This document shows, piece by piece, positions 10,755-22,444 of a stretch of DNA of 64,000 bases; the first letter of the stretch is position 1, and the number at the start of each line of letters is the position of its first letter. This stretch comes from Macrostomum lignano (lineage: Eukaryota), in NCBI GenBank assembly GCA_002269645.1, contig NIVC01000035.1, positions 797,362 to 861,361 on the forward strand, read 5' to 3'. The notes under the pieces are model-generated. The model was not told the DNA's origin, ran no database searches, and saw only the letters and a list, made by a program, of their open reading frames with translations. A program made the position numbers and the translations under genes.

Positions 10755-11986
10755 AATTCCTTGCTTGTTTGTGTAGCGCAAGAATGTTGGTAATGTGTCT
10801 CTTATGATGTTTTCAATTTTAATGAGCTAGCTATTTTGTTTTAGATTGTAGCTTTTTGTACTAACTAACAATTTCACCGCAAGGTAGACTGAAGTGTCAC
10901 AAATTGTCAGTGATCCATCTTTCACAGCATTCTCTTTAAAGAGAGACCTCTTAGAAATATAAAAATTTTATATCAAATTCATTCATTATAATATACGTGT
11001 TTTATTATTCAAAACTATACTTATACGTATTGATTTTTTGTTAAAAGAACTTCATTTGCTGGCGCTGTCTTGCAATTGTATAAATCACTAATTCATTCTT
11101 ACTGTGTATGTAGTGAATCATCTGAAACTGATCGATTACAGCCCGTGTCACGCTTCTCTAGCAAGAGAACTCAATCCACGAATTAATGTCAGGAAAATAG
11201 CTTTTAGCTCTAGGGCAGCGCTTGTTCCAACGTTACGAGTATTTTATGTAGTGAGCCATTGAAATGTCGTTTGCTTCTTCAGGTCGGGCCGAGCGCCAAC
11301 ACGAGGCGTCGCTGGGGCTCGACCGGGTTTCCCAGAAGGGTGGCTACGGAACTGTCCCAGAAGGATCGACTTCAAAATTTTCTTAATTGTCCATCGTACT
11401 GCGGGCTTATCAGGATGTTTACCTGCCGTTCTACTGGCGAGAGTTGTGCCTCCTCCCGCTTCTATCGGGGTCAATCTCACCTACTGCGGAGGTGTTGCGC
11501 CTCATTAAACTAATTAGTCTGCTGTCTTTCATTTCGGTTGGAGTCCTGAACTGACATCAAACTGACATAGCCTTTTGAAGAGCTTTTGGTTATAGGTGTT
11601 AAGTCAAAACTGGGATGAAAATTATATTACTAACAGTAAAACTCCGAAAGGCCCAGAATTTGCTTTTAAAAACCGAACATCTCAAAAAATGCATCGCGCG
11701 ATTTGAGTCCCGAGATGGTCTGTCCGGCTTATGATGGACAAGAAATATATCGGGATCGTGTTATTGATATTTTGCTACTTTGTTATCAAATTTCATTGAA
11801 TATTTTGACGGGTTTTGAATGCTGCATGGTGACTTGTAAAAGTTGCTGTAAGTGTGCAGAAGAACTAAACTAACTAGTATGCCAGTGAACCACACTCACG
11901 GCGTATCGTAATGTATTGTAGCTTATTCCGTTTGCGCACAGAGTGATACTCGTAGATAAAGCCGCGCCGCGCTCCCCCAGGTTAGA

Positions 11987-12022
11987 ATGGTCCGAGCACG
12001 CATCGTACTCAGTAATCAGCAG
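11987..12022 (+). CDS. Unidentified gene X, candidate exon 1 (MVRARIVLSNQQ)
   Basis: ATG 6 nt after a CCCCCAG acceptor; strong phase-0 donor CAG|GTAAGC. Confidence 0.5.
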
Positions 12023-12394
12023 GTAAGCTTTTTTCGGGGCTTACCACCTCTAAAATGATATTCCACTATAAAATCTGTTATCTGAGCCTCTTCTTTCGGT
12101 TCAATTGTGCACGTATTTAGTAAAAAAGGTTAGATGAGCAAAAAGCAACAAACCTGCGAAACTGGTCGATTTTTATTAAAAAGAGTTGTTCACCTGTGAA
12201 ATTTAAGCCATGCGCGCATTTTTAAGGAGCTTAGTTTAACTTACAATTGATGAGCGAAAGCTTGGAGTAATATATATGTCTATTGTCAAGCGGCAATGCA
12301 TCTTCTCCAATCATTTCTTCTCTCGAGTGTCTATCGTTGGTTTAGCCGTCATAAAACTAATAGAATCAGCTCCGACTCTGTCTCAGTGCCTGTC

Positions 12395-15125
12395 TTAATG
12401 TCTGTCATAGTGTCTGTCATAGTGTCTGTCATAGTGTCTGTCATAGTGTCTGTCATGGTGTCTGTCATAGTGTCTGTCATAGTGTCTGTCATAGTGTCTG
12501 TCATGGTGTCTGTCATAGTGTCTGTCATAGTGTCTGTCTTAGCGTCTGTCATAGTGTCTGTAATAGTGTCTGTCATAGTGTCTGTCGTAGTGTCTGTCTT
12601 AGCGTCTGTCATAGTGTCTGTCATAGTGTCTGTCATAGTGTCTGTCATAGTGTCTGTCATAGCGTCTGTCATAGTGTCTGTCTTAGTGTCTGTCTTAGCG
12701 TCTGTCATAGTGTCTGTCTTAGCGTCTGTCTTAGTGTCTGTCGTAGTGTCTGTCTTAGCGTCTGTCATAGTGTCTGTCATCGTGTCTGTCATAGTGTCTG
12801 TCATAGTGTCTGTCATGGTGTCTGTCATAGTGTCTGTCATGGTGTCTGTCATAGTGTCTGTCATAGTGTCTGTCGTAGTGTCTGTCTTAGCGTCTGTCAT
12901 AGTGTCTGTCATCGTGTCTGTCATAGTGTCTGTCATAGTGTCTGTCATAGTGTCTGTCATAGTGTCTGTCATAGTGTCTGTCATAGTGTCTGTCATAGTG
13001 TCTGTCATAGTGTCTGTCATAGTGTCTGTCGTAGTGTCTGTCTTAGCGTCTGTCATAGTGTCTGTCATAGTGTCTGTCATAGTGTCTGTCATAGTGTCTG
13101 TCATAGCGTCTGTCATAGTGTCTGTCTTAGTGTCTGTCTTAGCGTCTGTCATAGTGTCTGTCTTAGCGTCTGTCTTAGCGTCTGTCATAGTGTCTGTCAT
13201 CGTGTCTGTCATAGTGTCTGTCATAGTGTCTGTCATGGTGTCTGTCATAGTGTCTGTCATAGTGTCTGTCATAGTGTCTGTCATAGTGTCTGTCATAGCG
13301 TCTGTCATAGTGTCTGTCTTAGTGTCTGTCTTAGCGTCTGTCATAGTGTCTGTCGTAGTGTCTGTCTTAGCGTCTGTCATAGTGTCTGTCATCGTGTCTG
13401 TCTTAGCGTCTGTCATAGTGTCTGTCATGGTGTCTGTCATAGTGTCTGTCATAGTGTCTGTCATGGTGTCTGTCATAGTGTCTGTCATAGTGTCTGTCAT
13501 GGTGTCTGTCATAGTGTCTGTCATAGCGTCTGTCATAGTGTCTGTCATAGTGTCTGTCATAGTGTCTGTCGTAGTGTCTGTCTTAGCGTCTGTCATAGTG
13601 TCTGTCATAGTGTCTGTCATAGTGTCTGTCATAGTGTCTGTCATAGCGTCTGTCATAGTGTCTGTCTTAGTGTCTGTCTTAGCGTCTGTCATAGTGTCTG
13701 TCTTAGCGTCTGTCTTAGTGTCTGTCATAGTGTCTGTCATAGTGTCTGTCATAGTGTCTGTCGTAGTGTCTGTCTTAGCGTCTGTCATAGTGTCTGTCAT
13801 CGTGTCTGTCATAGTGTCTGTCATAGTGTCTGTCATGGTGTCTGTCATAGTGTCTGTCATGGTGTCTGTCATAGTGTCTGTCATAGTGTCTGTCATAGTG
13901 TCTGTCTTAGCGTCTGTCATAGTGTCTGTCATCGTGTCTGTCATAGTGTCTGTCATAGTGTCTGTCATGGTGTCTGTCATAGTGTCTGTCATAGTGTCTG
14001 TCATGGTGTCTGTCATAGTGTCTGTCATAGTGTCTGTCATAGTGTCTGTCGTAGTGTCTGTCTTAGCGTCTGTCATAGTGTCTGTCATAGTGTCTGTCAT
14101 AGTGTCTGTCATAGTGTCTGTCATAGCGTCTGTCATAGTGTCTGTCTTAGTGTCTGTCTTAGCGTCTGTCATAGTGTCTGTCTTAGCGTCTGTCTTAGTG
14201 TCTGTCATGGTGTCTGTCATAGTGTCTGTCATAGTGTCTGTCGTAGTGTCTGTCTTAGCGTCTGTCATAGTGTCTGTCATCGTGTCTGTCATAGTGTCTG
14301 TCATAGTGTCTGTCATGGTGTCTGTCATAGTGTCTGTCATGGTGTCTGTCATAGTGTCTGTCATAGTGTCTGTCGTAGTGTCTGTCTTAGCGTCTGTCAT
14401 AGTGTCTGTCATCGTGTCTGTCATAGTGTCTGTCATAGTGTCTGTCATGGTGTCTGTCATAGTGTCTGTCATAGTGTCTGTCATGGTGTCTGTCATAGTG
14501 TCTGTCATAGTGTCTGTCATGGTGTCTGTCATAGTGTCTGTCATAGTGTCTGTCATAGTGTCTGTCTTAGCGTCTGTCATAGTGTCTGTCATAGTGTCTG
14601 TCTTAGCGTCTGTCATAGTGTCTGTCATAGTGTCTGTCATGGTGTCTGTCATAGTGTCTGTCTTAGCGTCTGTCATAGTGTCTGTCTTAGCGTCTGTCAT
14701 AGTGTCTGTCATAGTGTCTGTCTTAGCGTCTGTCATAGTGTCTGTCATAGTGTCTGTCTTAGCGTCTGTCATGGTGTCTGTCATAGTGTCTGTCATAGTG
14801 TCTGTCTTAGCGTCTGTCATAGTGTCTGTCATAGTGTCTGTCTTAGCGTCTGTCATAGTGTCTGTCATAGTGTCTGTCATGGTGTCTGTCATAGTGTCTG
14901 TCTTAGCGTCTGTCATAGTGTCTGTCTTAGCGTCTGTCATAGTGTCTGTCATAGTGTCTGTCTTAGCGTCTGTCATAGTGTCTGTCATAGTGTCTGTCTT
15001 AGCGTCTGTCATGGTGTCTGTCATAGTGTCTGTCATAGTGTCTGTCATAGTGTCTGTCAAAGTGTCTTTCATAGTGTCTGTCTTAGCGTCTGTCATAGTG
15101 GCTGTCATCGAATCTGTCATTATGT
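12395..15125. repeat. 12-bp minisatellite TAGTGTCTGTCA (about 228 copies) with higher-order structure
   Basis: Directly visible; produces the 950-aa and 923-aa ORFs. Confidence 0.97.
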
Positions 15126-15187
15126 GTCATTTGTCTGCCAGTTTCTGACACTGTGGGTAGGCCGGTGGGTTTTCGCGCGATTCACAG

Positions 15188-15469
15188 CCATGAGGGCCAA
15201 CTTCCAAGGCACAGAGGGTGTACATGCCTGACGATTGGAAAGTCAAAAGGCCACTGTACACCCTGTGTGAGCGTGTGCATGAGTTCGTGCCTGCGTACAG
15301 TATTGTCGCGCGCTTGTATGTGCTGAGCGCTCAGCAGCACAACACGCAATATTCGCAGGCCAGCTGCGAGGCAGTCTGGTGCAAGCTGAACATGCTGAGC
15401 ATTCTCACACCGGATGAGTGGCACGAGATATTTCTAGAGCTCGTGACTAACGAAGACAACTATCCCAAG
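15188..15469 (+). CDS. Gene X, candidate exon 2 (5' boundary 15188, 15209 or 15215)
   Basis: Protein-like frame [24 protein letters not shown]...[22 protein letters not shown]; phase-0 donor AAG|GTAAAA at 15470. Family not recognised. Confidence 0.6.
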
Positions 15470-15563
15470 GTAAAATTAGCTGGTCCTGATATTTAAGCCT
15501 GCTCAAAATTTTTCCTTTAAAAGCATTTGTAATCGCTTGCAGATAAGCATACATGTGCTTCAG

Positions 15564-15591
15564 GCAGACCCTCGAGTTCTACATCTGACAG
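15564..15591 (+). CDS. Gene X, 28-nt microexon (ADPRVLHLT)
   Basis: TGTGCTTCAG| ... ACAG|GTAAGA; phase 0 in, phase 1 out, bridging the neighbouring exons. Confidence 0.5.
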
Positions 15592-15629
15592 GTAAGATTT
15601 TCGCACCAATTTTTGAGACAGGAGCGTGT

Positions 15630-16592
15630 CGATTCGGATGTCGGGAAGACGTCAATTTGGGTGTCGGGAAGACGTCAATTTGGATGTCGGGAAGATGTCA
15701 ATTTGGCTGTCGGGAAGATGTCAATTTGGGTGTCGGGAAGACGTCAATTTGGATGTCGGGAAGATGTCAATTTGGGTGTCGGGAAGATGTAAATTTGGGT
15801 GTCGGGAAGATGTCAATTTGGATGTCGGGAAGATGTCAATTTGGGTGTCGGGAAGACGTCAATTTGGGTGTCAGGAAGACGTCAATTTGGATGTCAGGAA
15901 GACGTCAATTTGGGTGTCGGGAAGACGTCAACTTGGATGTCAGGAAGACGTCAATTTGGGTGTCAGGAAGACGTCAATTTGGGTGTCAGGAAGACGTCAA
16001 TTTGGGTGTCAGGAAGACGTCAATTTGGATGTCAGGAAGACGTCAATTTGGGTGTCAGGAAGACGTCAATTTGGGTGTCGGGAAGACGTCAATTTGGATG
16101 TCGGGAAGATGTCAATTTGGGTGTCGGGAAGACGCCAATTTGTATGTCAGGAAGACGTCAATTTGGATGTCGGGAAGATGTCAATTTGGCTGTCGGGAAG
16201 ATGTCAATTTGGGTGTCGGGAAGACGTCAATTTGGGTGTCAGGAAGACGTCAATTTGGATGTCAGGAAGACGTCAATTTGGGTGTCAGGAAGACGTCAAT
16301 TTGGGTGTCAGGAAGACGTCAATTTGGATGTCAGGAAGACGTCAATTTGGATGTCAGGAAGACGTCAATTTCGGTGTCGGGAAGACGTCAATTTGGATGT
16401 CAGGAAGACGTCAATTTGGGTGTCAGGAAGACGTCAATTTGGGTGTCGCGAAGACGTCAATTTGGGTGTCAGGAAGACGTCAATTTGGGTGTCAGGAAGA
16501 CGTCAATTTGGGTGTCGGGAAGACGTCAATTTGGGTGTCAGGAAGACGTCAATTTGGGTGTCGGGAAGACGTCAATTTGGATGTCAGGAAGG
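15630..16592. repeat. 23-bp tandem repeat GGAAGACGTCAATTTGGGTGTCA
   Basis: About 42 copies; open in all three plus frames, so the ORFs are artefacts. Confidence 0.95.
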
Positions 16593-17159
16593 CGCTCAAG
16601 TTGAATTTCAGCAGAGCGCCATTCTGCATTAATTTGAGCTAGTGAAGAGCGACCTAATTGCATTTTAAAACAACTTTCAGGTCTGAAAGAGCAGTGAATG
16701 AAAGCCAAGCAACATTATTTAATCAATAAGGGAACTACTGTTGACCAAAGCGCTGAAAAACTGGACGAATGCGACTGCGACGGAATGGCTACAATTGGCT
16801 CTACTACTGCTACTATCCACATACTAGTTATAGTTGCTGTGTGTGGGCCCAGGGCCATAGACACCTGGGAACCACCACAGTAAGTTATTTTATAAAGTAG
16901 AGCAGAGCAGAATTTAAAGAAAGCCAAGAGGCCTAGAAGACGCTTGGCGGGAGCGCTCTGAAATATATGAGTACAAAACTCTCGCAATCGTCTGACAACA
17001 ACCGAATGACTCCGTCTCCTTAGTGCATACATAACAATAGTAGTAGTTGCTTGCGCTGCAGTGGCGTCAGTCATGTCTGTGACCTTGATGGCTCTGGCTA
17101 CTTTGTTAGGTGAATATCTGCGAAATCTGCGCCTTCATTCCTTCATTCTGGGCTTCCTG

Positions 17160-17280
17160 GCTCCCTGCATCTCTCCCTAGCTCCCTACGTCTCTCCCTAG
17201 CTCCCTACATCTCTCCCTAGCTCCCTACATCTCTACCTTGCACCCTACATTCCTCCCTACCTCCCTACATCTCTCCCAAC
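17160..17280. repeat. 20-bp tandem repeat CTCCCTACATCTCTCCCTAG
   Basis: About 6 degenerate copies. Confidence 0.85.
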
Positions 17281-18199
17281 TCTAACTAACTAACTAAAAT
17301 AAGTAAATCCGGCGCCTTAGCCATAGAGCAGGCTCTTACGCCACTAGCATACCTTGGAGTTCCCACGGACTACTTAAGTCCCACGGACTATCTACTAGTG
17401 GTCCTTGGGAGTTCCACGCTGGGGAGTGCACTAATGTACACTAAGTTTCTAGACTAGGCTAAAGAGGACTGTACAAACCCCCAGCTATCAGGGCGTACGC
17501 CTACTCCAGACTCAAGTGGATATCAAAACCTCCCCGGGCTAGAGAGGGTTGAGTGAACCAATCAGGGAAGCCCGTGCCTTCTCCAGGGTTAGAAGAGCCA
17601 AAAAAACGGTCTTATGACCGCCCCCACGGCCGTGGCTACCCTCGAGGAGCCTCCCCCCCCACTAAACCCCGGGTACTCTTGCCAGACAGTCTCTTATCTT
17701 TGAAGCGGCAGGAGGGCTAATCGCCGGGACTATTTCACCCTTTGCTTCGCCAACCCGCCATTTCTATAGTGACCGTGCCAACGGTCTCGTCCTGCTCAGA
17801 CTCAGTCCTGGTTCTGGCACACTCCAGCTTTAATAGGGTCGCTGGCTGTACGCTCAGAGGGCGCCTGGGGGATACCGTCAGAGCACCTTGGTACAGGTAT
17901 AGGCCTGCCTTCCTATACAGCTACCCACAGCCCTTCCCGATCCACTATTACCCTCCAACCCAGCCTACTCACTCATTACAAGCTTTCAGCCAGGCAGAGA
18001 CAAGTTTCACAGGAGTGACTGCGGTTAGGCGTCTCTATGCGAGACAAAACCATCACAGTGATTCTGTGGCCCAGCCTGTTCCGAGATTCTAAAGTTAACG
18101 CGAACGACTTAACTAGCCTATATACTGATATATTTCCCTAAACTAAAACTACTAATACTAGCGTTAAAGCAAATCTACTTCACCCATAAAAACCCGCAG

Positions 18200-18514
18200 A
18201 ACAAAAACGCTACACAAATCGTCGAATACTATTGATTGTAATAGTCTCTCCGCGCTGCCTGAAGCAGCTTCGGATGCTTCGATCCCAGCAGGGAAATTAT
18301 TGGCCGCTTCCAACCAGGAAGTGACAGGCTGGCTGGGATCGGCTGCGCTGTCAAGCGGCATCGCTGGACTACCAGTTGGCTGTGCTCGACTGTAGCGCGC
18401 CAACGTCAGCTGGAACGGCTCAGAAATTCGAGGCGACAATAGCCGCCGCTAGTAAAGTTCTTATTTTGGACGACGGACTGACTGCTGAGACGATGAGCGA
18501 CAGTGAAGAGAACG
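18200..18514 (+). CDS. Gene X, candidate exon 4 containing an in-frame TGA (18322-18324)
   Basis: Acceptor CCCGCAG at 18199 (phase 1); QKRYTNRRILLIVIVSPRCLKQ...PTRK*QAGWDRLRCQ...TMSDSEEN; strong donor G|GTGAGT at 18515. Confidence 0.5.
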
Positions 18515-18597
18515 GTGAGTATGCATAATCAAGCAGTGTAATGGACTCATATTTGTATTCAATTATTGTATAGTCGTTACGTTCGACACAGATAGTG

Positions 18598-18748
18598 GGG
18601 TCACCATCACAAGCTCGAAAAGTTTAGCAACCACCATCACAAGCTCGAAAAGTCACAAGCTCGAAAAGCTTAGCAACCACCACCACAAGCTCGAAAAGGC
18701 ACAAGCTGTAACCTTAACCCTTTTCGAGCTTGTGATGGTGGTTGCTAA
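18598..18748. repeat. Direct plus inverted repeats of TAGCAACCACCATCACAAGCTCGAAAAG around a TAACCTTAACCC loop
   Basis: The copy at about 18720-18747 is the reverse complement of the copies at about 18624 and 18671. Confidence 0.8.
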
Positions 18749-19136
18749 ATCAGTTTTTGGACGATGTGACTCCAAATTGGCTTGGGTCTGCTCGTGCAAT
18801 TAACGGCCTTGAGGGCCAATCTCCAGGGGCGGATTTAGGGGGGATGGCGGCCCCCCTCAAAAAACCTAAGAGTTCGCGCTCCCTAAACTTGATTTTTCTC
18901 CCCCCTACACGCATTTTTTCGCCCCTAGCTTTAAAAATTGGTGCCCCTAATACTCATGTTGGCGACCCAAACTCTCCCCCCCCCCCTAAATAAAATTGTC
19001 AACCCGCAAATTTTCAATTTCTGACACAGACAAATCAGCTTTAATTTTGTTGATATCGGATGAAATTTGGACCCCGGATGCCAAATTAGCACCGTTTTTT
19101 CCTGGATAGGATTGAACAATAAAAGAATTGTCCTGT

Positions 19137-19529
19137 CGGTTCCAGGACATTTCGTCAAACGGCATTTCGTTAACTGGTATTTTGTCAATCAGACATTACG
19201 GCAACCGGACATTTGGTTCAAGCCAGAATTTTTCGTCCGTCATGTTAGCCGTTAACGTTAACATATTTAAGTTTAAGTTTTAAGTTTTATCATACAAAAT
19301 ATTGAAACCATGTGCATGGTATTCAGGTACCATGGTACGAGTATTGCGACACCATTGAGGACCGAAAGTTTCTACTAAAATTTACTTCCAAAAAGTGTTG
19401 GACAATGTGTTAAAAAATTTGAAATCGCATTACTACTTCTCACATTCTCTGGCTGGTGCAGCTATAATAATCAGCTACACAATTTGCTGAGTTCCCGTAA
19501 TGTCTGGTTGACGAAATGTCCGGTCACCG
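19137..19529. mobile_element. MITE-like element with about 22-bp TIRs
   Basis: Left CGGTTCCAGGACATTTCGTCAA; right reverse complement CGGTGACCGGACATTTCGTCAA. Confidence 0.55.
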
Positions 19530-20325
19530 CCCTGTCAACAGTGCTACGGTTACGTAACTTTCGATTCCAAGAGAAGCAACTTCCGGCACTTGTTCCGGTA
19601 CCGGTACTTTAAAAAAAGTACATATACGCGTAACTTCCGGTACTTTCTAATTAAAAAAAATAAAACGCGCTTTAACTTTAAAAGTAAAAACCATATGATC
19701 TATCATCTCCTTTTTTATCATGGTATAATTGTACTTTGGTGAAAAGTTTTCGCTTTTGGAAAAAATATGGTGTGCTAAATTCGGAGCTTGGCCTCTAAAT
19801 TTTCATTTTTAAGTACCGGACATATCAAAAAGTAACTTCCGTTTTCTAATTCCGCGGCATTCTAATAAAAGAACTGAAACAATGCTGCTTAAAAAAGCAG
19901 CATGCAGGGTGCACACAACCCCCTTGTGTTGTTGGGACTATGGGAGAGTTGCTAAGATTTCTAGGTTCATACCGTAGGGGTGAATTGCTGAAATTCTAAT
20001 GCTCAGAGGGACTTCATGAAATTTCAAAGCTTATGAGAAAAATCTGGTGCTGTAGATCAAGGCTCATGGGGAATTGCTGAGATGTCAAGACTTAGGAATT
20101 GCTGAAATACTGTGAATCTGCTGTAAAAGGGTTAGGGTTTGGGCTAGGATTCGGCTCGGGGATTCAATTTTAACAGAATCGCCCTGTCAATCGCCCTGCC
20201 TGTCAAGATTCATGAGGATTGCTAAATGTCAAGGCTCATGAGGCCATTGAAGGTATTGCTGAAGATGCTTTGAGCGGAAGCTCATGGGGATTAGGTTTTT
20301 GCGCTTACCACAATTTTCTTTAAGA

Positions 20326-20617
20326 GAGGGGTCGGGTAACTCCGGCCCGTGAAGCCTCTCTATCCGGCCCTCGGGTCGTGAAACTTCACAATAGCAAACC
20401 GGTCCGCTCAAGGTTTGTCTTCTCATCTGTCATCTCCCCTTTCTTCTCTCCTCTGATCTCTTACATGTATTTCTTATATTCTATCTCATCTCATCTCTTA
20501 TCTCGCCTCTTGATTCTTCTCTTAACTCTCTCCTCTATTCTTCCTTTCTCGTCTGACCCGCAGCAATGATCTGGATTCTTTATTTGGCCCTTGAGGTAAA
20601 AAAAGTTTGCCGACCTG
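20326..20617 (+). mobile_element. hAT-type MITE with 8-bp TSD
   Basis: TIRs GAGGGGTCGG... and ...TTGCCGACCTG; flanks CTTTAAGA / CTTTTAGA (7/8). Homologous to 5718; CT-rich interior. Confidence 0.75.
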
Positions 20618-20694
20618 CTTTTAGAGATAAACAATAGTGACGTCTGTACAAGATCAAAACGTACAGGTAGTTGATTATTCAAAAAAGTTAATAA

Positions 20695-21572
20695 TCGTTG
20701 TCTGTATGTATGTATGTGGGTAGGTAGATTCCTTTGTTGTCTCCCAAAGGGGGGGGGCGCAGATTGCTAGTTCATATACTAGCAAATGAGTTGTCTGTAT
20801 GTATGTATGTGGGTAGGTAGGTTCCTTTGTTGTCTCCCAACGAGGGGCGCAGATTGCTAGTCCATATACTAAAAATGAGTTGTCTGTATGTATGTATGTG
20901 GGTAGGTAGGTTCCTTTGTTGTCTCCCAACGAGGGGCGCAGATTGCTAGTCCATATACTAAAAATGAGTTGTCTGTATGTATGTATGTGGGTAGGTAGGT
21001 TCCTTTGTTGTCTCCCAACGAGGGGCGCAGATTGCTAGTCCATATACTAAAAATGAGTTGTCTGTATGTATGTATGTGGGTAGGTAGGTTCCTTTGTTGT
21101 TTCCCAAGGGGGGGGGCGCAGATTGCTAGTCCATATACTAAAAATGAGTTGTCTGTATGTATGTATGTGGGTAGGTAAGTTCCTTTTTTGTCTCCCAACG
21201 AGGGGCGCAGATTGCTAGTCCATATACTAAAAATGAGTTGTCTGTATGTATGTATGTGGGTAGGTAGGTTCCTTTGTTGTCTCCCAAGGGGGGGGGGCGC
21301 AGATTGCAAGTCCATATACTAAAAATGAGTTGTCTGTATGTATGTATGTGGGTAGGTAGGTTCCTTTGTTGTCTCCCAAGGGGGGGGGGCGCAGATTGCA
21401 AGTCCATATACTAAAAATGAGTTGTCTGTATGTATGTATGTGGGTAGGTAGGTTCCTTTGTTGTCTCCCAAGGGGGGGGGGCGCAGATTGCAAGTCCATA
21501 TACTAAAAATGAGTTGTCTGTATGTATGTATGTGGGTAGGTAGGTTCCTTTGTTGTCTCCCATGGGGGGCGC
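20695..21572. repeat. About 90-bp tandem repeat containing (GTAT)n/(GGTA)n and a variable G-run, about 10 copies
   Basis: Directly visible. Confidence 0.95.
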
Positions 21573-21636
21573 AGCTTTGACAAATAGTTTTGCGATTTTA
21601 ACGTTCTAATTTTCGACTTTTATGTGTTCTCTTCAG

Positions 21637-21674
21637 ATGATGGTGCCATTTTGGATCAAAACAGTGCCACCTAA
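21637..21674 (+). CDS. Gene X, candidate terminal exon (DDGAILDQNSAT*)
   Basis: Strong acceptor TTTTATGTGTTCTCTTCAG; phase 1, matching the 18514 donor. Confidence 0.5.
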
Positions 21675-22444
21675 ACACTTTCAAACAAATATTTAGTTCC
21701 TTAAAAAATTTACCGTTGTTTCAAAATATGCAGTTCATGTTACTAATTACAGTTTTTTAAGTAGTAATTAATAGCTCATGGTTTCCAAAAATTCGAAGCG
21801 TATGTAATAGCTGTAACTACAATAATTTTTTGTCGGTTATTATTTTTTTTTCAACATTGATGGCTAGTGCTATTTATGTACTCTTCCATTACCATCCTGA
21901 CGATTCAATCAATATTTATACTCTTGGCCGTTTTTATTAGTTTTTTACGAGCTGTAGATGCTTTTTTAAATTTCGTATTGGATACTTCTACTTTTAGTAG
22001 TGTGAAATATTTTATCAACAATCATTCGTATTTAATTAGATTTTAGATGATTTAGACAAAAATGAATTGGCTTTGGTTTGCATTTTCTAAAGGATTTGTG
22101 CTAATTGATTTTTTATTATAAACCCTGTTCGATCGATTTTTTACCAGTGCGCTGCCAAAATGGCATCAATAAAGGGAGTTTGAAAACTACTTCTGCCTTA
22201 TCATTAAACCTCTTGACTAGCTGCATTAAAACACTTGCTAAATCGTGACTGAAAAAAGTGTTTTAGAGTTATTAAAACTTAAAAAATGTGTTGACAATGG
22301 GTAGTACTTAAAGTAGCATTTAAATTGCAGAAAAAATAGCGTTTATGGTATATGGTGTATTTATTTCGATAGGCACAGTTATTAGAACCTCTATATGTAG
22401 TAGGGTGCCAGGAGGGAGCCAGTGGAAGTACGCGCGTAGTAAGG

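Noticed and set aside
11283-11386. Possible terminal exon (RAERQHEASLGLDRVSQKGGYGTVPEGSTSKFS*) as an alternative MATE C-terminus
   Set aside because: Good acceptor, but no phase-1 donor was found in MATE exon 2; cannot be assigned.
12296-15148. 950-aa (+) and 923-aa (-) ORFs, (VSVI)n and (MTDT)n, as a repeat or adhesive protein
   Set aside because: They come from a 12-bp unit whose common variants cannot create stops in those frames. The array lies in a predicted intron and has no signal peptide or flanking domain.
15537-16642. Three overlapping long ORFs
   Set aside because: A 23-bp stop-free repeat cycles through all frames.
16700-18120. LTR or retroelement-like segment with short ORFs
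   Set aside because: No terminal repeats, TSD or recognisable protein motif found by eye.
20125-20145. Interstitial telomeric repeat
   Set aside because: Only one or two imperfect TTAGGG units.
21680-22340. Degenerate LINE, Polinton or mitochondrial fragment
   Set aside because: AT-rich with stops in all frames and no diagnostic motif that I could confirm.
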